Shown piece after piece: positions 18,931-33,900 of a stretch of DNA of 64,000 bases. The DNA is from Antedon mediterranea (taxonomy: Eukaryota; Animalia; Echinodermata): contig NC_092678.1 in NCBI RefSeq assembly GCF_964355755.1, forward strand, positions 10,166,352 to 10,230,351, written 5' to 3'. Both the position numbers and the translations under genes were made by a program. Within the stretch, counting starts at the first letter, position 1, and every line of letters starts with the position of its first letter. The notes beneath the pieces are model-generated. The model had not been told where the DNA came from, did not search any database, and saw only the letters and a list, made by a program, of their open reading frames with translations.

Positions 18931-21900
18931 CAAAATGGTCTAAAACGTCTCCAAATGCGATTTGAAGCTTTTCCAAGCACTTTGCTGTTTTTATGTTAAC
19001 AAGCTTTTTCGAAAATCACAAAATGGTCTAAAACGTCTCCAAATGCGATTTGAAGATATTCTGAGCACTTTGGTGTTTTTATGTTAAAAAGTTTTTTCGA
19101 AAATCACAAAATGGTCTAAAACGTCTCCAAATGCGATTTGAAGCTCTTCTGTACACTTTGATGTTTTGTGTGAATAAGTTTTGTCAAAATGCTCAAAATG
19201 GTCTAAAACGTTTTTAAAACGATATTAAGCTATTTTGTGCTCTTTGATGTTTTTGTATAACCAAGTTTTTTCGAAAATCACAAAATTGTCTAAAACGTCT
19301 CCAAATGCGATTTGAAGATATTCTGAGCACTTTGGTGTTTTTATGTTAAAAAGTTTTTTCGAAAATCACAAAATGGTCTAAAACGTCTCCAAATGCGATT
19401 TGAAGATATTCTGAGCACTTTGGTGTTTTGTGTGAAAAGTTTTGTCGAAATGCTCAAAATGGTCTAAAACGTTTTTAAAACGATATTAAGCTATTTTGTG
19501 CTCTTTGATGTTTTTGTGTAACCAAGTTTCATCGAAATGAACAAAATGGTCTAAAACGTCTCCAAATGCGATTTGAAGCTTTTCTAAGCACTTTGGTGTT
19601 TTTATGTTAACAAGTTTTTTCGAAAATCACAAAATGGTCTAAAACGTCTCCAAATGCGATTTGAAGATATTCTGAGCACTTTGCTGTTTTTATGTTAACA
19701 AGTTTTTTCGAAAATCACAAAATGGTCTAAAACGTCTCAAAATGCTATTTGAAGGTATTCTGAGCACTTTGGTGTTTTTGTGTGAAAAGTTTTAACGAAA
19801 TGCTCAAAATGGTCTAAAACGGTTCTAATGTGATTTTAAGCACTTTGATGTTTTTGTATAACCAAGTTTCATCGAAATGCTCAAAATGGTCTAAAACGTT
19901 TTTAAAACGATATTAAGCTATTTTGTGCTCTTTGATGTTTTTGTGTAATGAAGTTTCATCGAAATGAACAAAATGGTCTAAAACGTCTCCAAATGCGATT
20001 TGAAGCTTTTCCAAGCACTTTGCTGTTTTTATGTTAACAAGTTTTTTCGAAAATCACAAAATGGCCTAAAACGTCTCAAAATGCGATTTCAAGGTATTCT
20101 GAGCACTTTGGTGTTTTTGTGTGAAAGGTTTTAACGAAATGCTCAAAATGGTCTAAAACGGTTTCTAATGTGATTTTAAGCACTTTGATGTTTTTGTATA
20201 ACCAAGTTTCATCGAAATGCACAAAATGGTCTAAAACGTCTCCAAATGCGATTTGAAGCTTTTCTAAGCACTTTGCTGTTTTTATGTTAAAAAGTTTTTT
20301 CGAAAATCACAAAATGGTCTAAAACGTCTCCAAATGCGATTTGAAGATATTCTGAGCACTTTGGTGTTTTTATGTTAAAAAGTTTTTTCGAAAATCACAA
20401 AATGGTCTAAAACGTCTCCAAATGCGATTTGAAGATATTCTGAGCACTTTGGTGTTTTTATGTTAAAAAGTTTTTTCGAAAATCACAAAATGGTCTAAAA
20501 CGTCTCCAAATGCGATTTGAAGCTATTCTGTACACTTTGATGTTTTGTGTGAAAAAGTTTTGTCGAAATGCTCAAAATGGTCTAAAACGTTTTTAAAACG
20601 ATATTAAGCTATTTTGTGCTCTTTGATGTTTTTGTGTAACCAAGTTTTATCGAAATGAACAAAATGGTCTAAAACGTCTCCAAATGCGATTTGAAGCTTT
20701 TCTAAGCACTTTGCTGTTTTTATGTTAACAAGTTTTTTCGAAAATCACAAAATGGTCTAAAACGTCTCCAAATGGGATTTGAAGCTTTTCTAAGCACTTT
20801 GGTGTTTTTATGTTAACAAGTTTTTTCGAAAAACACAAAATGGTCTAAAACGTCTCCAAATGCGATTTGAAGATATTCTGAGCACTTTGGTGTTTTTATG
20901 TTAAAAAGTATTTTCGAAAATCACAAAATGGTCTAAAACGTCTCCAAATGCGATTTGAAGCTCTTCTGTACACTTTGATGTTTTGTGTGAAAAAGTTTAG
21001 TCGAAATGCTCAAAATGGTCTAAAACGTTTTTAAAACGATATTAAGCTATTTTGTGCTCTTTGATGTTTTTGTGTAACCAAGTTTCATCGAAAATCACAA
21101 AAAGGTCTAAAACGTCTCCAAATGCGATTTGAAGCTTTTCCAAGCACTTTGCTGTTTTTATGTTAACAAGTTTTTTCGAAAATCACAAAATGGTCTAAAA
21201 CGTCTCAAAATGCGATTTGAAGGTATTCTGAGCACTTTGGTGTTTTTGTGTGAAAAGTTTTAACGAAATGCTCAAAATTGTCTAAAACGGTTTCTAATGT
21301 GATTTTAAGCACTTTGATGTTTTTGTAAAACCAAGTTTCATCGAAATGAACAAAATGGTCTAAAATGTCTCCAAATGCGATTTGAAGCTTTTCCAAGCAC
21401 TTTGCTGTTTTTATGTTAACAAGCTTTTTCGAAAATCACAAAATGGTCTAAAACGTCTCCAAATGCGATTTGAAGATATTCTGAGCACTTTGGTGTTTTT
21501 ATGTTAAAAAGTTTTTTCGAAAATCACAAAATGGTCTAAAACGTCTCCAAATGCGATTTGAAGATATTCTAAGCACTTTGGTGTTTTTATGTTAACAAGT
21601 TTTTTCGAAAATCACAAAATGGTCTAAAACGTCTCCAAATGCGATTTGAAGATATTCTGAGCACTTTGGTGTTTTTCTGTTAAAAAGTATTTTCGAAAAT
21701 CACAAAATGGTCTAAAACGTCTCCAAATGCAATTTGAAGCTATTCTGTACACTTTGATGTTTTGTGTGAAAAAGTTTTGTCAAAAGGCTCAAAATGGTCT
21801 AAAACGTTTTTAAAACGATATTAAGCTATTTTGTGCTCTTTGATGTTTTTGTATAACCAAGTTTTTTCGAAAATCACAAAATGGTCTAAAACGTCTCCAA

Positions 21901-24900
21901 ATGCGATTTGAAGCTTTTCTAAACACTTTGGTGTTTTTATGTTAACAAGTTTTTTCGAAAATCACAAAATGGTCTAAAACGTCTCCAAATGCGATTTGAA
22001 GCTATTCTGTACACTTTGATGTTTTGTGTGAAAAAGTTTTGTCGAAATGCTCAAAATGGTCTAAAACGTTTTTAAAACGATATTAAGCTATTTTGTGCTC
22101 TTTGATGTTTTTGTGTAACCAAGTTTCATCGATATGAACAAAATGGTCTAAAACGTCTCAAAATGCGATTTGAAGGTATTCTGAGCACTTTGGTGTTTTT
22201 GGGTGAAAAGTTTTAACGAAATGCTCAAAATGGTCTAAAACGGTTTCTAATGTGATTTTAAGCACTTTGAAGTATTTGTAAAAACAAGTTTCATCGAAAT
22301 GCACAAAATAGTCTAAAACGTCTCCAAATGCGATTTGAAGCTTTTCTAAGCACTTTGGTGTTTTTATGTTAACAAGTTTTTTCGAAAATCACAAAATGGT
22401 CTAAAACGTCTCCAAATGCGATTTGAAGATATTCTGAGCACTTTGGTGTTTTTATGTTAAAAAGTATTTTCGAAAATCACAAAATGGTCTAAAACGTCTC
22501 CAAATGCGATTTGAAGCTCTTCTGTACACTTTGATGTTTTTTGTGAAAAAGTTTAGTCGAAATGCTCAAAATGGTCTATAACGTTTTTAAAACGATATTA
22601 AGCTATTTTGTGCTCTTTGATGTTTTTGTGTAACCAAGTTTCATCGAAAATCACAAAATGGTCTAAAACGTCTCCAAATGCGATTTGAAGATATTCTGAG
22701 CACTTTGGTGTTTTTATGTTAACAAGTTTTTTCGAAAATCACAAAATGGTCTAAAACGTCTCCAAATGCGATTTGAAGATATTCTGAGCACTTTGGTGTT
22801 TTTATGTTAAAAAGTTTTTTCGAAAATCACAAAATGGTCTAAAACGTCTCCAAATGCGATTTGAAGCTATTCTATACACTTTGATGTTTTGTGTTAAAAA
22901 GTTTTGTCGAAATGCTCAAAATGGTTTAAAACGTTTTTAAAACGATATTAAGCTATTTTGTGCTCTTTGATGTTTTTGTGTAACCAAGTTTCATCGAAAT
23001 GAACAAAATGGTCTAAAACGTCTCCAAATGCGATTTGAAGCTTTTCCAAGCACTTTGCTGTTTTTATGTTAACAAGTTTTTTCGAAAATCACAAAATTGT
23101 CTAAAACGTCTCAAAAAGCGATTTGAAGGTATTCTGAGCACTTTGGTGTTTTTGTGTGAAAAGTTTTAACGAAAAGCTCAAAATGGTCTAAAACGGTTCT
23201 AATGTGATTTTAAGCACTTTGATGTTTTTGTACAACCAAGTTTCATCGAAATGCTCAAAATGGTCTAAAACGTTTTTAAAACGATATTAAGCTATTTTGT
23301 GCTCTTTGATGTTTTTGTGTAACCAAGTTTTTTCGAAAATCACAAAATGGTCTAAAACGTCTCCAAATGCGATTTGAAGCTTTTCTAAGCACTTTGGTGT
23401 TTTTATGTTAACAAGTTTTTTCAAAAATCACAAAATGGTCTAAAACGTCTCCAAATGCGATTTGAAGATATTCTGAGCACTTTGGTGTTTTTCTGTTAAA
23501 AAGTATTTTCGAAAATCACAAAATGGTCTAAAACGTCTCCAAATGCAATTTGAAGCTATTCTGTACACTTTGATTTTTGTGTGAAAAAGTTTTGTCAAAA
23601 TGCTCAAAATGGTCTAAAACGTTTTTAAAACGATATTAAGCTATTTTGTGCTCTTTGATGTTTTTGTATAACCAAGTTTTTTCGAAAATCACAAAATGGT
23701 CTAAAACGTCTCCAAATGCGATTTGAAGCTTTTCTAAACACTTTGGTGTTTTTATGTTAACAAGTTTTTTCGAAAATCACAAAATGGTCTAAAACGTCTC
23801 CAAATCCGATTTGAAGCTATTCTGTACACTTTGATGTTTTGTGTGAAAAAGTTTTGTCGAAATGCTCAAAATGGTCTAAAACGTTTTTAAAACGATATTA
23901 AGCTATTTTGTGCTCTTTGATGTTTTTGTGTAACCAAGTTTCATCGATATGAACAAAATGGTCTAAAACGTCTCAAAATGCGATTTGAAGGTATTCTGAG
24001 CACTTTGGTGTTTTTGGGTGAAAAGTTTTAACGAAATGCTCAAAATGGTCTAAAACGGTTTCTAATGTGATTTTAAGCACTTTGAAGTATTTGTAAAAAA
24101 AAGTTTCATCGAAATGCACAAAATAGTCTAAAACGTCTCCAAATGCGATTTAAAGCTATTCTAGACACTTTGATGTTTTGTGTGAAAAATTTTCTCGAAA
24201 TGCTCAAAATGGTCTAAAACGTTTTCCAATACCATTATTAAGCTATTTTGTGCAATTTGATGTTTTTGTGTAACCAAGTTTTTTGAAATGCGATTTGAAG
24301 ATATTCTGAGGACTTTGGTGTTTTTATGTTAAAAAGTTTTTTCGAAAATCACAAAATGGTCTAAAACGTCTCCAAATGCGATTTGAAGATATTCTGAGCA
24401 CTTTGGTGTTTTTATGTTAAAAAGTTTTTTGGAAAATCACAAAATGGTCTAAAACGACTCCAAATGCGATTTGAAGCTATCCTGTACACTTTGATGTTTT
24501 GTGTGAAAAAGTTTTGTCGAAATGCTCAAAATGATCTAAAACGTTTTTAAAACGATATTAAGCTATTTTGTGCTCTTTGATGTTTTTGTGTATCCAAGTT
24601 TCATCGAAATGAACAAAATGGTCTAAAACGTTTTTAAATACCATATTAAGCTGTTTTGTGCACTTTGATGATTTGTGTGAAAAGTTTTAACGAAATGCTC
24701 AAAATAGTCTAAAACGGTTTCTAATGTGATTTTAAGCACTTTGATGTTTTTGTGTAACCAAGTTTTATCGAAATGAACAAAATGGTCTAAAACGTCTCCA
24801 AATGCGATTTGAAGCTTTTCCAAGCACTTTGCTGTTTTTATATTAGGTTTTTTCGAAAATCACAAAATGGTCTAAAACGTCTCTAAATGCGATTTGAAGG

Positions 24901-27900
24901 TATTCTGAGCAATTTGGTGTTTTTGTGTGAAAAGTTTTAACGAAATGCTCAAAATTGTCTAAAACGGTTTCTAATGTGATTTTAAGCACTTTGATGTTTT
25001 TGTAAAACCAAGTTTCATCGAAATGCACAAAATGGTCTAAAACGTCTCCAAATGCGATTTGAAGCTATTCTGTACACTTTGATGTTTTGTGTGAAAAAAG
25101 TTTTGTCGAAATGCTCAAAATGGTCTAAAACGTTTTTAAAACGATATTAAGCTATTTTGTGCTCTTTGATGTTTTTGTGTAACCAAGTTTCATCGAAAAT
25201 CACAAAATGGTCTAAAACGTCTCAAAATGCGATTTGAAGGTATTCTGAGCACTTTGGTGTTTTTGTGTGAAAAGTTTTAACGAAATGCTCAAAATTGTCT
25301 AAAACGGTTTCTAATGTGATTTTAAGCACTTTGATGTTTTTGTAAAACCAAGTTTCATCGAAATGCACAAAATGGTCTAAAATGTCTCCAAATGCGATTT
25401 GAAGCTTTTCCAAGCACTTTGCTGTTTTTATGTTAACAAGCTTTTTCGAAAATCACAAAATGGTCTAAAACGTCTCCAAATGTGATTTGAAGATATTCTG
25501 AGCACTTTGGTGTTTTTATGTTAACAAGTTTTTTCGAAAATCACAAAATGGTCTAAAACGTCTCCAAATGTGATTTGAAGATATTCTGAGCACTTTGGTG
25601 TTTTTATGTTAACAAGCTTTTTCGAAAATCACAAAATGGTCTAAAACGTCTCCAAATGCGATTTGAAGATATTCTGAGCACTTTGGTGTTTTTATGTTAA
25701 AAAGTTTTTTCGAAAATCACAAAATGGTCTAAAACGTCTCCAAATGCGATTTGAAGCTATTCTGTACACTTTGATGTTTTGTGTGAAAAAGTTTTGTCGA
25801 AATGCTCAAAATGGTTTAAAACGTTTTTAAAACGATATTAAGCTATTTTGTGCTCTTTGATGTTTTTGTATAACCAAGTTTCATCGAAATGCACAAAATG
25901 GTCTAAAACGTCTCCAAATACGATTTGAAGCTTTTCCAAGCACTTTGCTTTTTTTATGTTAACAAGTTTTTTCGAAAATCACAAAATTGTCTAAAACGTC
26001 TCAAAATGCGATTTGAAGGTATTCTGAGCACTTTGGTGTTTTTGTGTGAAAAGTTTTAACGAAAAGCTCAAAATGGTCTAAAACGGTTCTAATGTGATTT
26101 TAAGCACTTTGATGTTTTTGTACAACCAAGTTTCATCGAAATGCTCAAAATGGTCTAAAACGTTTTTAAAACGATATTAAGCTATTTTGTGCTCTTTGAT
26201 GTTTTTGTGTAACCAAGTTTTTTTCGAAAATCACAAAATGGTCTAAAACGTCTCCAAATGCGATTTGAAGCTTTTCTAAGCACTTTGGTGTTTTTATGTT
26301 AACAAGTTTTTTCGAAAATCGCAAAATGGTCTAAAACGTCTCAAAATGCGATTTGAAGGTATTCTGAGCACTTTGGTGTTTTTGTGTGAAAAGTTTTAAC
26401 GAAATGCTCAAAATGGTCTAAAACGGTTTCTAATGTGATTTTAACCACTTTGATGTTTTTGTGTAACCAAGTTCTTTTCGAAAATCACAAAATGGTCTAA
26501 AACGTCTCCAAATGCGATTTGAAGCTTTTCTAAGCACTTTGGTGTTTTTATGTTAACAAGTTTTTTCGAAAATCACAAAATGGTCTAAAACGTCTCAAAA
26601 TGCGATTTGAAGGTATTCTGAGCACTTTGGTGTTTTTGTGTGAAAAGTTTTAACGAAATGCTCAAAATGGTCTAAAACGGTTTCTAATGTGATTTTAACC
26701 ACTTTGATGTTTTTGTGTAACCAAGTTTTTTCGAAAATCACAAAATGGTCTAAAACGTCTCCAAATGCGATTTGAAGCTTTTCTAAGCACTTTGGTGTTT
26801 TTATGTTAACAAGTTTTTTCGAAAATCACAAAATGGTCTAAAACGTCTCCAAATGCGATTTGAAGCTATTCTGTACACTTTGATGTTTTGTGTGAAAAAA
26901 GTTTTGTCGAAATGCTCAAAATGGTCTAAAACGTTTTTAAAACGATATTAAGCTATTTTGTGCTCTTTGATGTTTTTGTGTAACCAAGTTTTATCGAAAT
27001 GAACAAAATGTTCTAAAACGTCTCCAAATGCGATTTGAAGGTATTCTGAGCACTTTGGTGTTTTTGTGTGAAAAGTTTTAACGAAATGCTCAAAATTGTC
27101 TAAAACGGTTTCTAATGTGATTTTAAGCACTTTGATGTTTTTGTAAAACCAAGTTTCATCGAAATGCACAAAATGGTCTAAAACGTCTCCAAATGCGATT
27201 TGAAGCTTTTCCAAGCACTTTGCTGTTTTTATGTTAACAAGCTTTTTCGAAAATCACAAAATGGTCTAAAACGTCTCCAAATGCGATTTGAAGATATTCT
27301 GAGCACTTTGGTGTTTTTATGTTAAAAAGTTTTTTCGAAAATCACAAAATGGTCTAAAACGTCTCCAAATGCGATTTGAAGCTCTTCTGTACACTTTGAT
27401 GTTTTGTGTGAAAAAGTTTTGTCAAAATGCTCAAAATGGTCTAAAACGTTTTTAAAACGATATTAAGCTATTTTGTGCTCTTTGATGTTTTTGTATAACC
27501 AAGTTTTTTCGAAAATCACAAAATTGTCTAAAACGTCTCCAAATGCGATTTGAAGATATTCTGAGCACTTTGGTGTTTTTATGTTAAAAAGTTTTTTCGA
27601 AAATCACAAAATGGTCTAAAACGTCTCCAAATGCGATTTGAAGATATTCTGAGCACTTTGGTGTTTTTATGTTAAAAAGTTTTTTCGAAAATCACAAAAT
27701 GGTCTAAAACGTCTCCAAATGCGATTTGAAGCTATTCTGTACACTTTGATGTTTTGTGTGAAAAAGTTTTGTCGAAATGCTCAAAATGGTTTAAAACGTT
27801 TTTAAAACGATATTAAGCTATTTTGTGCTCTTTGATGTTTTTGTGTAACCAAGTTTTTTTCGAAAATCACAAAATGGTCTAAAACGTCTCCAAATGCGAT

Positions 27901-30900
27901 TTGAAGCTTTTCTAAGCACTTTGGTGTTTTTATGTTAACAAGTTTTTTCGAAAATCGCAAAATGGTCTAAAACGTCTCAAAATGCGATTTGAAGGTATTC
28001 TGAGCACTTTGGTGTTTTTGTGTGAAAAGTTTTAACGAAATGCTCAAAATGGTCTAAAACGGTTTCTAATGTGATTTTAACCACTTTGATGTTTTTGTGT
28101 AACCAAGTTCTTTTCGAAAATCACAAAATGGTCTAAAACGTCTCCAAATGCGATTTGAAGCTTTTCTAAGCACTTTGGTGTTTTTATGTTAACAAGTTTT
28201 TTCGAAAATCACAAAATGGTCTAAAACGTCTCAAAATGCGATTTGAAGGTATTCTGAGCACTTTGGTGTTTTTGTGTGAAAAGTTTTAACGAAATGCTCA
28301 AAATGGTCTAAAACGGTTTCTAATGTGATTTTAACCACTTTGATGTTTTTGTGTAACCAAGTTTTATCGAAATGAACAAAATGTTCTAAAACGTCTCCAA
28401 ATGCGATTTGAAGGTTTTCCAAGCACTTTGCTGTTTTTATGTTAAGTTTTTTCGAAAATCACAAAATGGTCTAAAACGTCTCTAAATGCGATTTGAAGGT
28501 ATTCTGAGCACTTTGGTGTTTTTGTGTGAAAAGTTTTAACGAAATGCTCAAAATTGTCTAAAACGGTTTCTAATGTGATTTTAAGCACTTTGATGTTTTT
28601 GTAAAACCAAGTTTCATCGAAATGCACAAAATGGTCTAAAACGTCTCCAAATGCGATTTGAAGCTTTTCCAAGCACTTTGCTGTTTTTATGTTAACAAGC
28701 TTTTTCGAAAATCACAAAATGGTCTAAAACGTCTCCAAATGCGATTTGAAGATATTCTGAGCACTTTGGTGTTTTTATGTTAAAAAGTTTTTTCGAAAAT
28801 CACAAAATGGTCTAAAACGTCTCCAAATGCGATTTGAAGCTCTTCTGTACACTTTGATGTTTTGTGTGAAAAAGTTTTGTCAAAATGCTCAAAATGGTCT
28901 AAAACGTTTTTAAAACGATATTAAGCTATTTTGTGCTCTTTGATGTTTTTGTATAACCAAGTTTTTTCGAAAATCACAAAATTGTCTAAAACGTCTCCAA
29001 ATGCGATTTGAAGATATTCTGAGCACTTTGGTGTTTTTATGTTAAAAAGTTTTTTCGAAAATCACAAAATGGTCTAAAACGTCTCCAAATGCGATTTGAA
29101 GATATTCTGAGCACTTTGGTGTTTTTATGTTAAAAAGTTTTTTCGAAAATCACAAAATGGTCTAAAACGTCTCCAAATGCGATTTGAAGCTATTCTGTAC
29201 ACTTTGATGTTTTGTGTGAAAAAGTTTTGTCGAAATGCTCAAAATGGTTTAAAACGTTTTTAAAACGATATTAAGCTATTTTGTGCTCTTTGATGTTTTT
29301 GTATAACCAAGTTTCATCGAAATGCACAAAATGGTCTAAAACGTCTCCAAATACGATTTGAAGCTTTTCCAAGCACTTTGCTGTTTTTATGTTAACAAGT
29401 TTTTTCGAAAATCACAAAATTGTCTAAAACGTCTCAAAATGCGATTTGAAGGTATTCTGAGCACTTTGGTGTTTTTGTGTGAAAAGTTTTAACGAAAAGC
29501 TCAAAATGGTCTAAAACGGTTCTAATGTGATTTTAAGCACTTTGATGTTTTTGTACAACCAAGTTTCATCGAAATGCTCAAAATGGTCTAAAACGTTTTT
29601 AAAACGATATTAAGCTATTTTGTGCTCTTTGATGTTTTTGTGTAACCAAGTTTTTTTCGAAAATCACAAAATGGTCTAAAACGTCTCCAAATGCGATTTG
29701 AAGCTTTTCTAAGCACTTTGGTGTTTTTATGTTAACAAGTTTTTTCGAAAATCGCAAAATGGTCTAAAACGTCTCAAAATGCGATTTGAAGGTATTCTGA
29801 GCACTTTGGTGTTTTTGTGTGAAAAGTTTTAACGAAATGCTCAAAATGGTCTAAAACGGTTTCTAATGTGATTTTAACCACTTTGATGTTTTTGTGTAAC
29901 CAAGTTCTTTTCGAAAATCACAAAATGGTCTAAAACGTCTCCAAATGCGATTTGAAGCTTTTCTAAGCACTTTGGTGTTTTTATGTTAACAAGTTTTTTC
30001 GAAAATCACAAAATGGTCTAAAACGTCTCAAAATGCGATTTGAAGGTATTCTGAGCACTTTGGTGTTTTTGTGTGAAAAGTTTTAACGAAATGCTCAAAA
30101 TGGTCTAAAACGGTTTCTAATGTGATTTTAACCACTTTGATGTTTTTGTGTAACCAAGTTTTTTCGAAAATCACAAAATGGTCTAAAACGTCTCCAAATG
30201 CGATTTGAAGCTTTTCCAAGCACTTTGCTGTTTTTATGTTAACAAGCTTTTTCGAAAATCACAAAATGGTCTAAAACGTCTCCAAATGCGATTTGAAGCT
30301 ATTCTGTACACTTTGATGTTTTGTGTGAAAAAGTTTTGTCGAAATGCTCAAAATGGTTTAAAACGTTTTTAAAACGATATTAAGTTATTTTGTGCTCTTT
30401 GATGTTTTTGTGTAACCAAGTTTCATCGAAATGAACAAAATGGTCTAAAACGTCTCCAAATGCGATTTGAAGCTTTTCCAAGCACTTTGCTGTTTTTATG
30501 TTAACAAGTTTTTTCGAAAATCACAAAATGGTGTAAAACGTCTCAAAATGCGATTTGAAGGTATTCTGAGCACTTTGGTGTTTTTGTGTGAAAAGTTTTA
30601 ACGAAATGCTCAAAATGGTCTAAAACGTCTCCAAATGCGATTTGAAGCTCTTCTGTACACTTTGATGTTTTGTGTGAAAAAGTTTTCTCGAAATGCTCAA
30701 AATGGTCTAAAACGTTTTCCAATACCATATTAAGCTATTTTGTGCAATTTGATGTTTTTATGTAACCAAGTTTTTTGAAATGCGATTTGAAGATATTCTG
30801 AGGACTCTGGTGTTTTTATGTTAAAAAGTTTTTTCGAAAATCACAAAATGGTCTAAAACGTCTCCAAATGCGATTTGAAGATATTCTGAGCACTTTGGTG

Positions 30901-33900
30901 TTTTTATGTTAAAAAGTTTTTTCGAAAATCACAAAATGGTCTAAAACGTCTCCAAATGCGAGTTGAAGCTATTCTGTACACTTTGATGTTTTGTGTGAAA
31001 AAGTTTTGTCGAAATGCTCAAAATGGTCTAAAACGTTTTTAAAACGATATTAAGCTATTTTGTGCTCTTTGATGTTTTTGTGTAACCAAGTTTTTTCGAA
31101 AATCACAAAATGGTCTAAAACGTCTCCAAATGCGATTTGAAGCTTTTCTAAGCACTTTGGTGTTTTTATGTTAACAAGTTTTTTCGCAAATCACAAAATG
31201 GTCTAAAACGTTTCCAAATGCGATTTGAAGCTCTTCTGTACACTTTGATGTTTTGTGTGAAAAAGTTTTTTCGAAATGCTCAAAATGGTCTAAAACGTTT
31301 TTAAATACGAAATTAAGCTGTTTTGTGCACTTTGATGGTTTGTGTGAAAAGTTTTAACGAAATGCTCAAAATGGTCAAAAACGGTTTCTAATGTGATTTT
31401 AAGCACTTTGATGTTTTTGTGTAACCAAGTTTTTTCGAAAATCACAAATTGGTCTAAAACGTCTCCAAATGCGATTTGAAGCTTTTCTAAACACTTTGGT
31501 GCTTTTATGTTAACAAGTTTTTTCGAAAATCACAAAATGGTCTAAAACGTCTCCAAATGCGATTTGAAGCTTTTCTAAACACTTTGGTGTTTTTATGTTA
31601 ACAAGTTTTTTCGAAAATCACAAAATGGTCTAAAACGTCTTCAAATGCGATTTGAAGATATTCTGAGCACTTTGGTGTTTTTCTGTTAAAAAGTTTTTTC
31701 GAAAATCACAAAATGGTCTAAAACGTCTCCAAATGCGATTTGAAGCTCTTCTGTACACTTTGATGTTTTGTGTGAAAAAGTTTTCTCGAAATGCTCAAAA
31801 TGGTCTAAAACGTTTTCCAATACCATATTAAGCTATTTTGTGCAATTTGATGTTTTTATGTAACCAAGTTTTTTGAAATGCGATTTGAAGATATTCTGAG
31901 CACTTTGGTGTTTTTATGTTAAAAAGTTTTTTCGAAAATCACAAAATGGTCTAAAACGTCTCCAAATGCGATTTGAAGATATTCTGAGCACTTTGGTGTT
32001 TTTATGTTAAAAAGTTTTTTCGAAAATCACAAAATGGTCTAAAACGTCTCCAAATGCGATTTGAAGCTATTCTGTACACTTTGATGTTTTGTGTGAAAAA
32101 GTTTTGTCGAAATGCTCAAAATGGTCTAAAACGTTTTTAAAACGATATTAAGCTATTTTGTGCTCTTTGATGTTTTTGTGTAACCAAGTTTTTTCGAAAA
32201 TCACAAAATGGTCTAAAACGTCTCCAAATGCGATTTGAAGCTTTTCTAAGCACTTTGGTGTTTTTATGTTAACAAGTTTTTTCGAAAATCACAAAATGGT
32301 CTAAAACGTCTCAAAATGCGATTTGAAGGTATTCTGAGCACTTTGGTGTTTTTGTGTGAAAAGTTTTAACGAAATGCTCAAAATGGTCTAAAACGGTTTC
32401 TAATGTGATTTTAAGCACTTTGATGTTTTTGTGTAACCAAGTTTTTTCGAAAATCACAAAATGGTCTAAAACGTCTCCAAATGCGATTTGAAGCTATTCT
32501 GTACACTTTGATGTTTTGTGTGAAAAAAGTTTTGTCGAAATGCTCAAAATGGTCTAAAACGTTTTTAAAACGATATTGAGCTATTTTGTGCTCTTTGATG
32601 TTTTTGTGTAACCAAGTTTTATCGAAATGAACAAAATGGTCTAAAACGTCTCCAAATGCGATTTGAAGCTTTTCCAAGCACTTTGCTGTTTTTATATTAA
32701 GTTTTTTCGAAAATCACAAAATGGTCTAAAACGTCTCTAAATGCGATTTGAAGGTATTCTGAGCAATTTGGTGTTTTTGTGTGAAAAGTTTTAACGAAAT
32801 GCTCAAAATTGTCTAAAACGGTTTCTAATGTGATTTTAAGCACTTTGATGTTTTTGTAAAACCAAGTTTCATCGAAATGCACAAAATGGTCTAAAACGTC
32901 TCCAAATGCGATTTGAAGCTATTCTGTACACTTTGATGTTTTGTGTGAAAAAAGTTTTGTCGAAATGCTCAAAATGGTCTAAAACGTTTTTAAAACGATA
33001 TTAAGCTATTTTGTGCTCTTTGATGTTTTTGTGTAACCAAGTTTTATCGAAATGAACAAAATGGTCTAAAACGTCTCCAAATGCGATTTGAAGCTTTTCC
33101 AAGCACTTTGCTGTTTTTATGTTAACAGGTTTTTTCGAAAATCACAAAATGGTCTAAAACGTCTCAAAATGCGATTTGAAGGTATTCTGAGCACTTTGGT
33201 GTTTTTGTGTGAAAAGTTTTAACGAAATGCTCAAAATTGTCTAAAACGGTTTCTAATGTGATTTTAAGCACTTTGATTTTTTTGTAAAACCAAGTTTCAT
33301 CGAAATGCACAAAATGGTCTAAAATGTCTCCAAATGCGATTTGAAGCTTTTCCAAGCACTTTGCTGTTTTTATGTTAACAAGCTTTTTCGAAAATCACAA
33401 AATGGTCTAAAACGTCTCCAAATGTGATTTGAAGATATTCTGAGCACTTTGGTGTTTTTATGTTAAAAAGTTTTTTCGATAATCACAAAATGGTCTAAAA
33501 CGTCTCCAAATGCGATTTGAAGATATTCTGAGCACTTTGGTGTTTTTATGTTAAAAAGTTTTTTCGAAAATCACAAAATGGTCTAAAACGTCTCCAAATG
33601 CGATTTGAAGCTATTCTGTACACTTTGATGTTTTGTGTGAAAAAGTTTTGTCGAAATGCTCAAAATGGTTTAAAACGTTTTTAAAACGATATTAAGCTAT
33701 TTTGTGCTCTTTGATGTTTTTGTATAACCAAGTTTCATCGAAATGCACAAAATGGTCTAAAACGTCTCCAAATACGATTTGAAGCTTTTCCAAGCACTTT
33801 GCTGTTTTTATGTTAACAAGTTTTTTCGAAAATCACAAAATTGTCTAAAACGTCTCAAAATGCGATTTGAAGGTATTCTGAGCACTTTGGTGTTTTTGTG

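Noticed and set aside
27030-29300. 1458-bp spacing here resembling the 1457-bp duplication at 57.7-59.1 kb as a preferred unit size
   Set aside because: The two units have different monomer content, and similar lengths are expected from sums of ~17 monomers. Two cases are not evidence.
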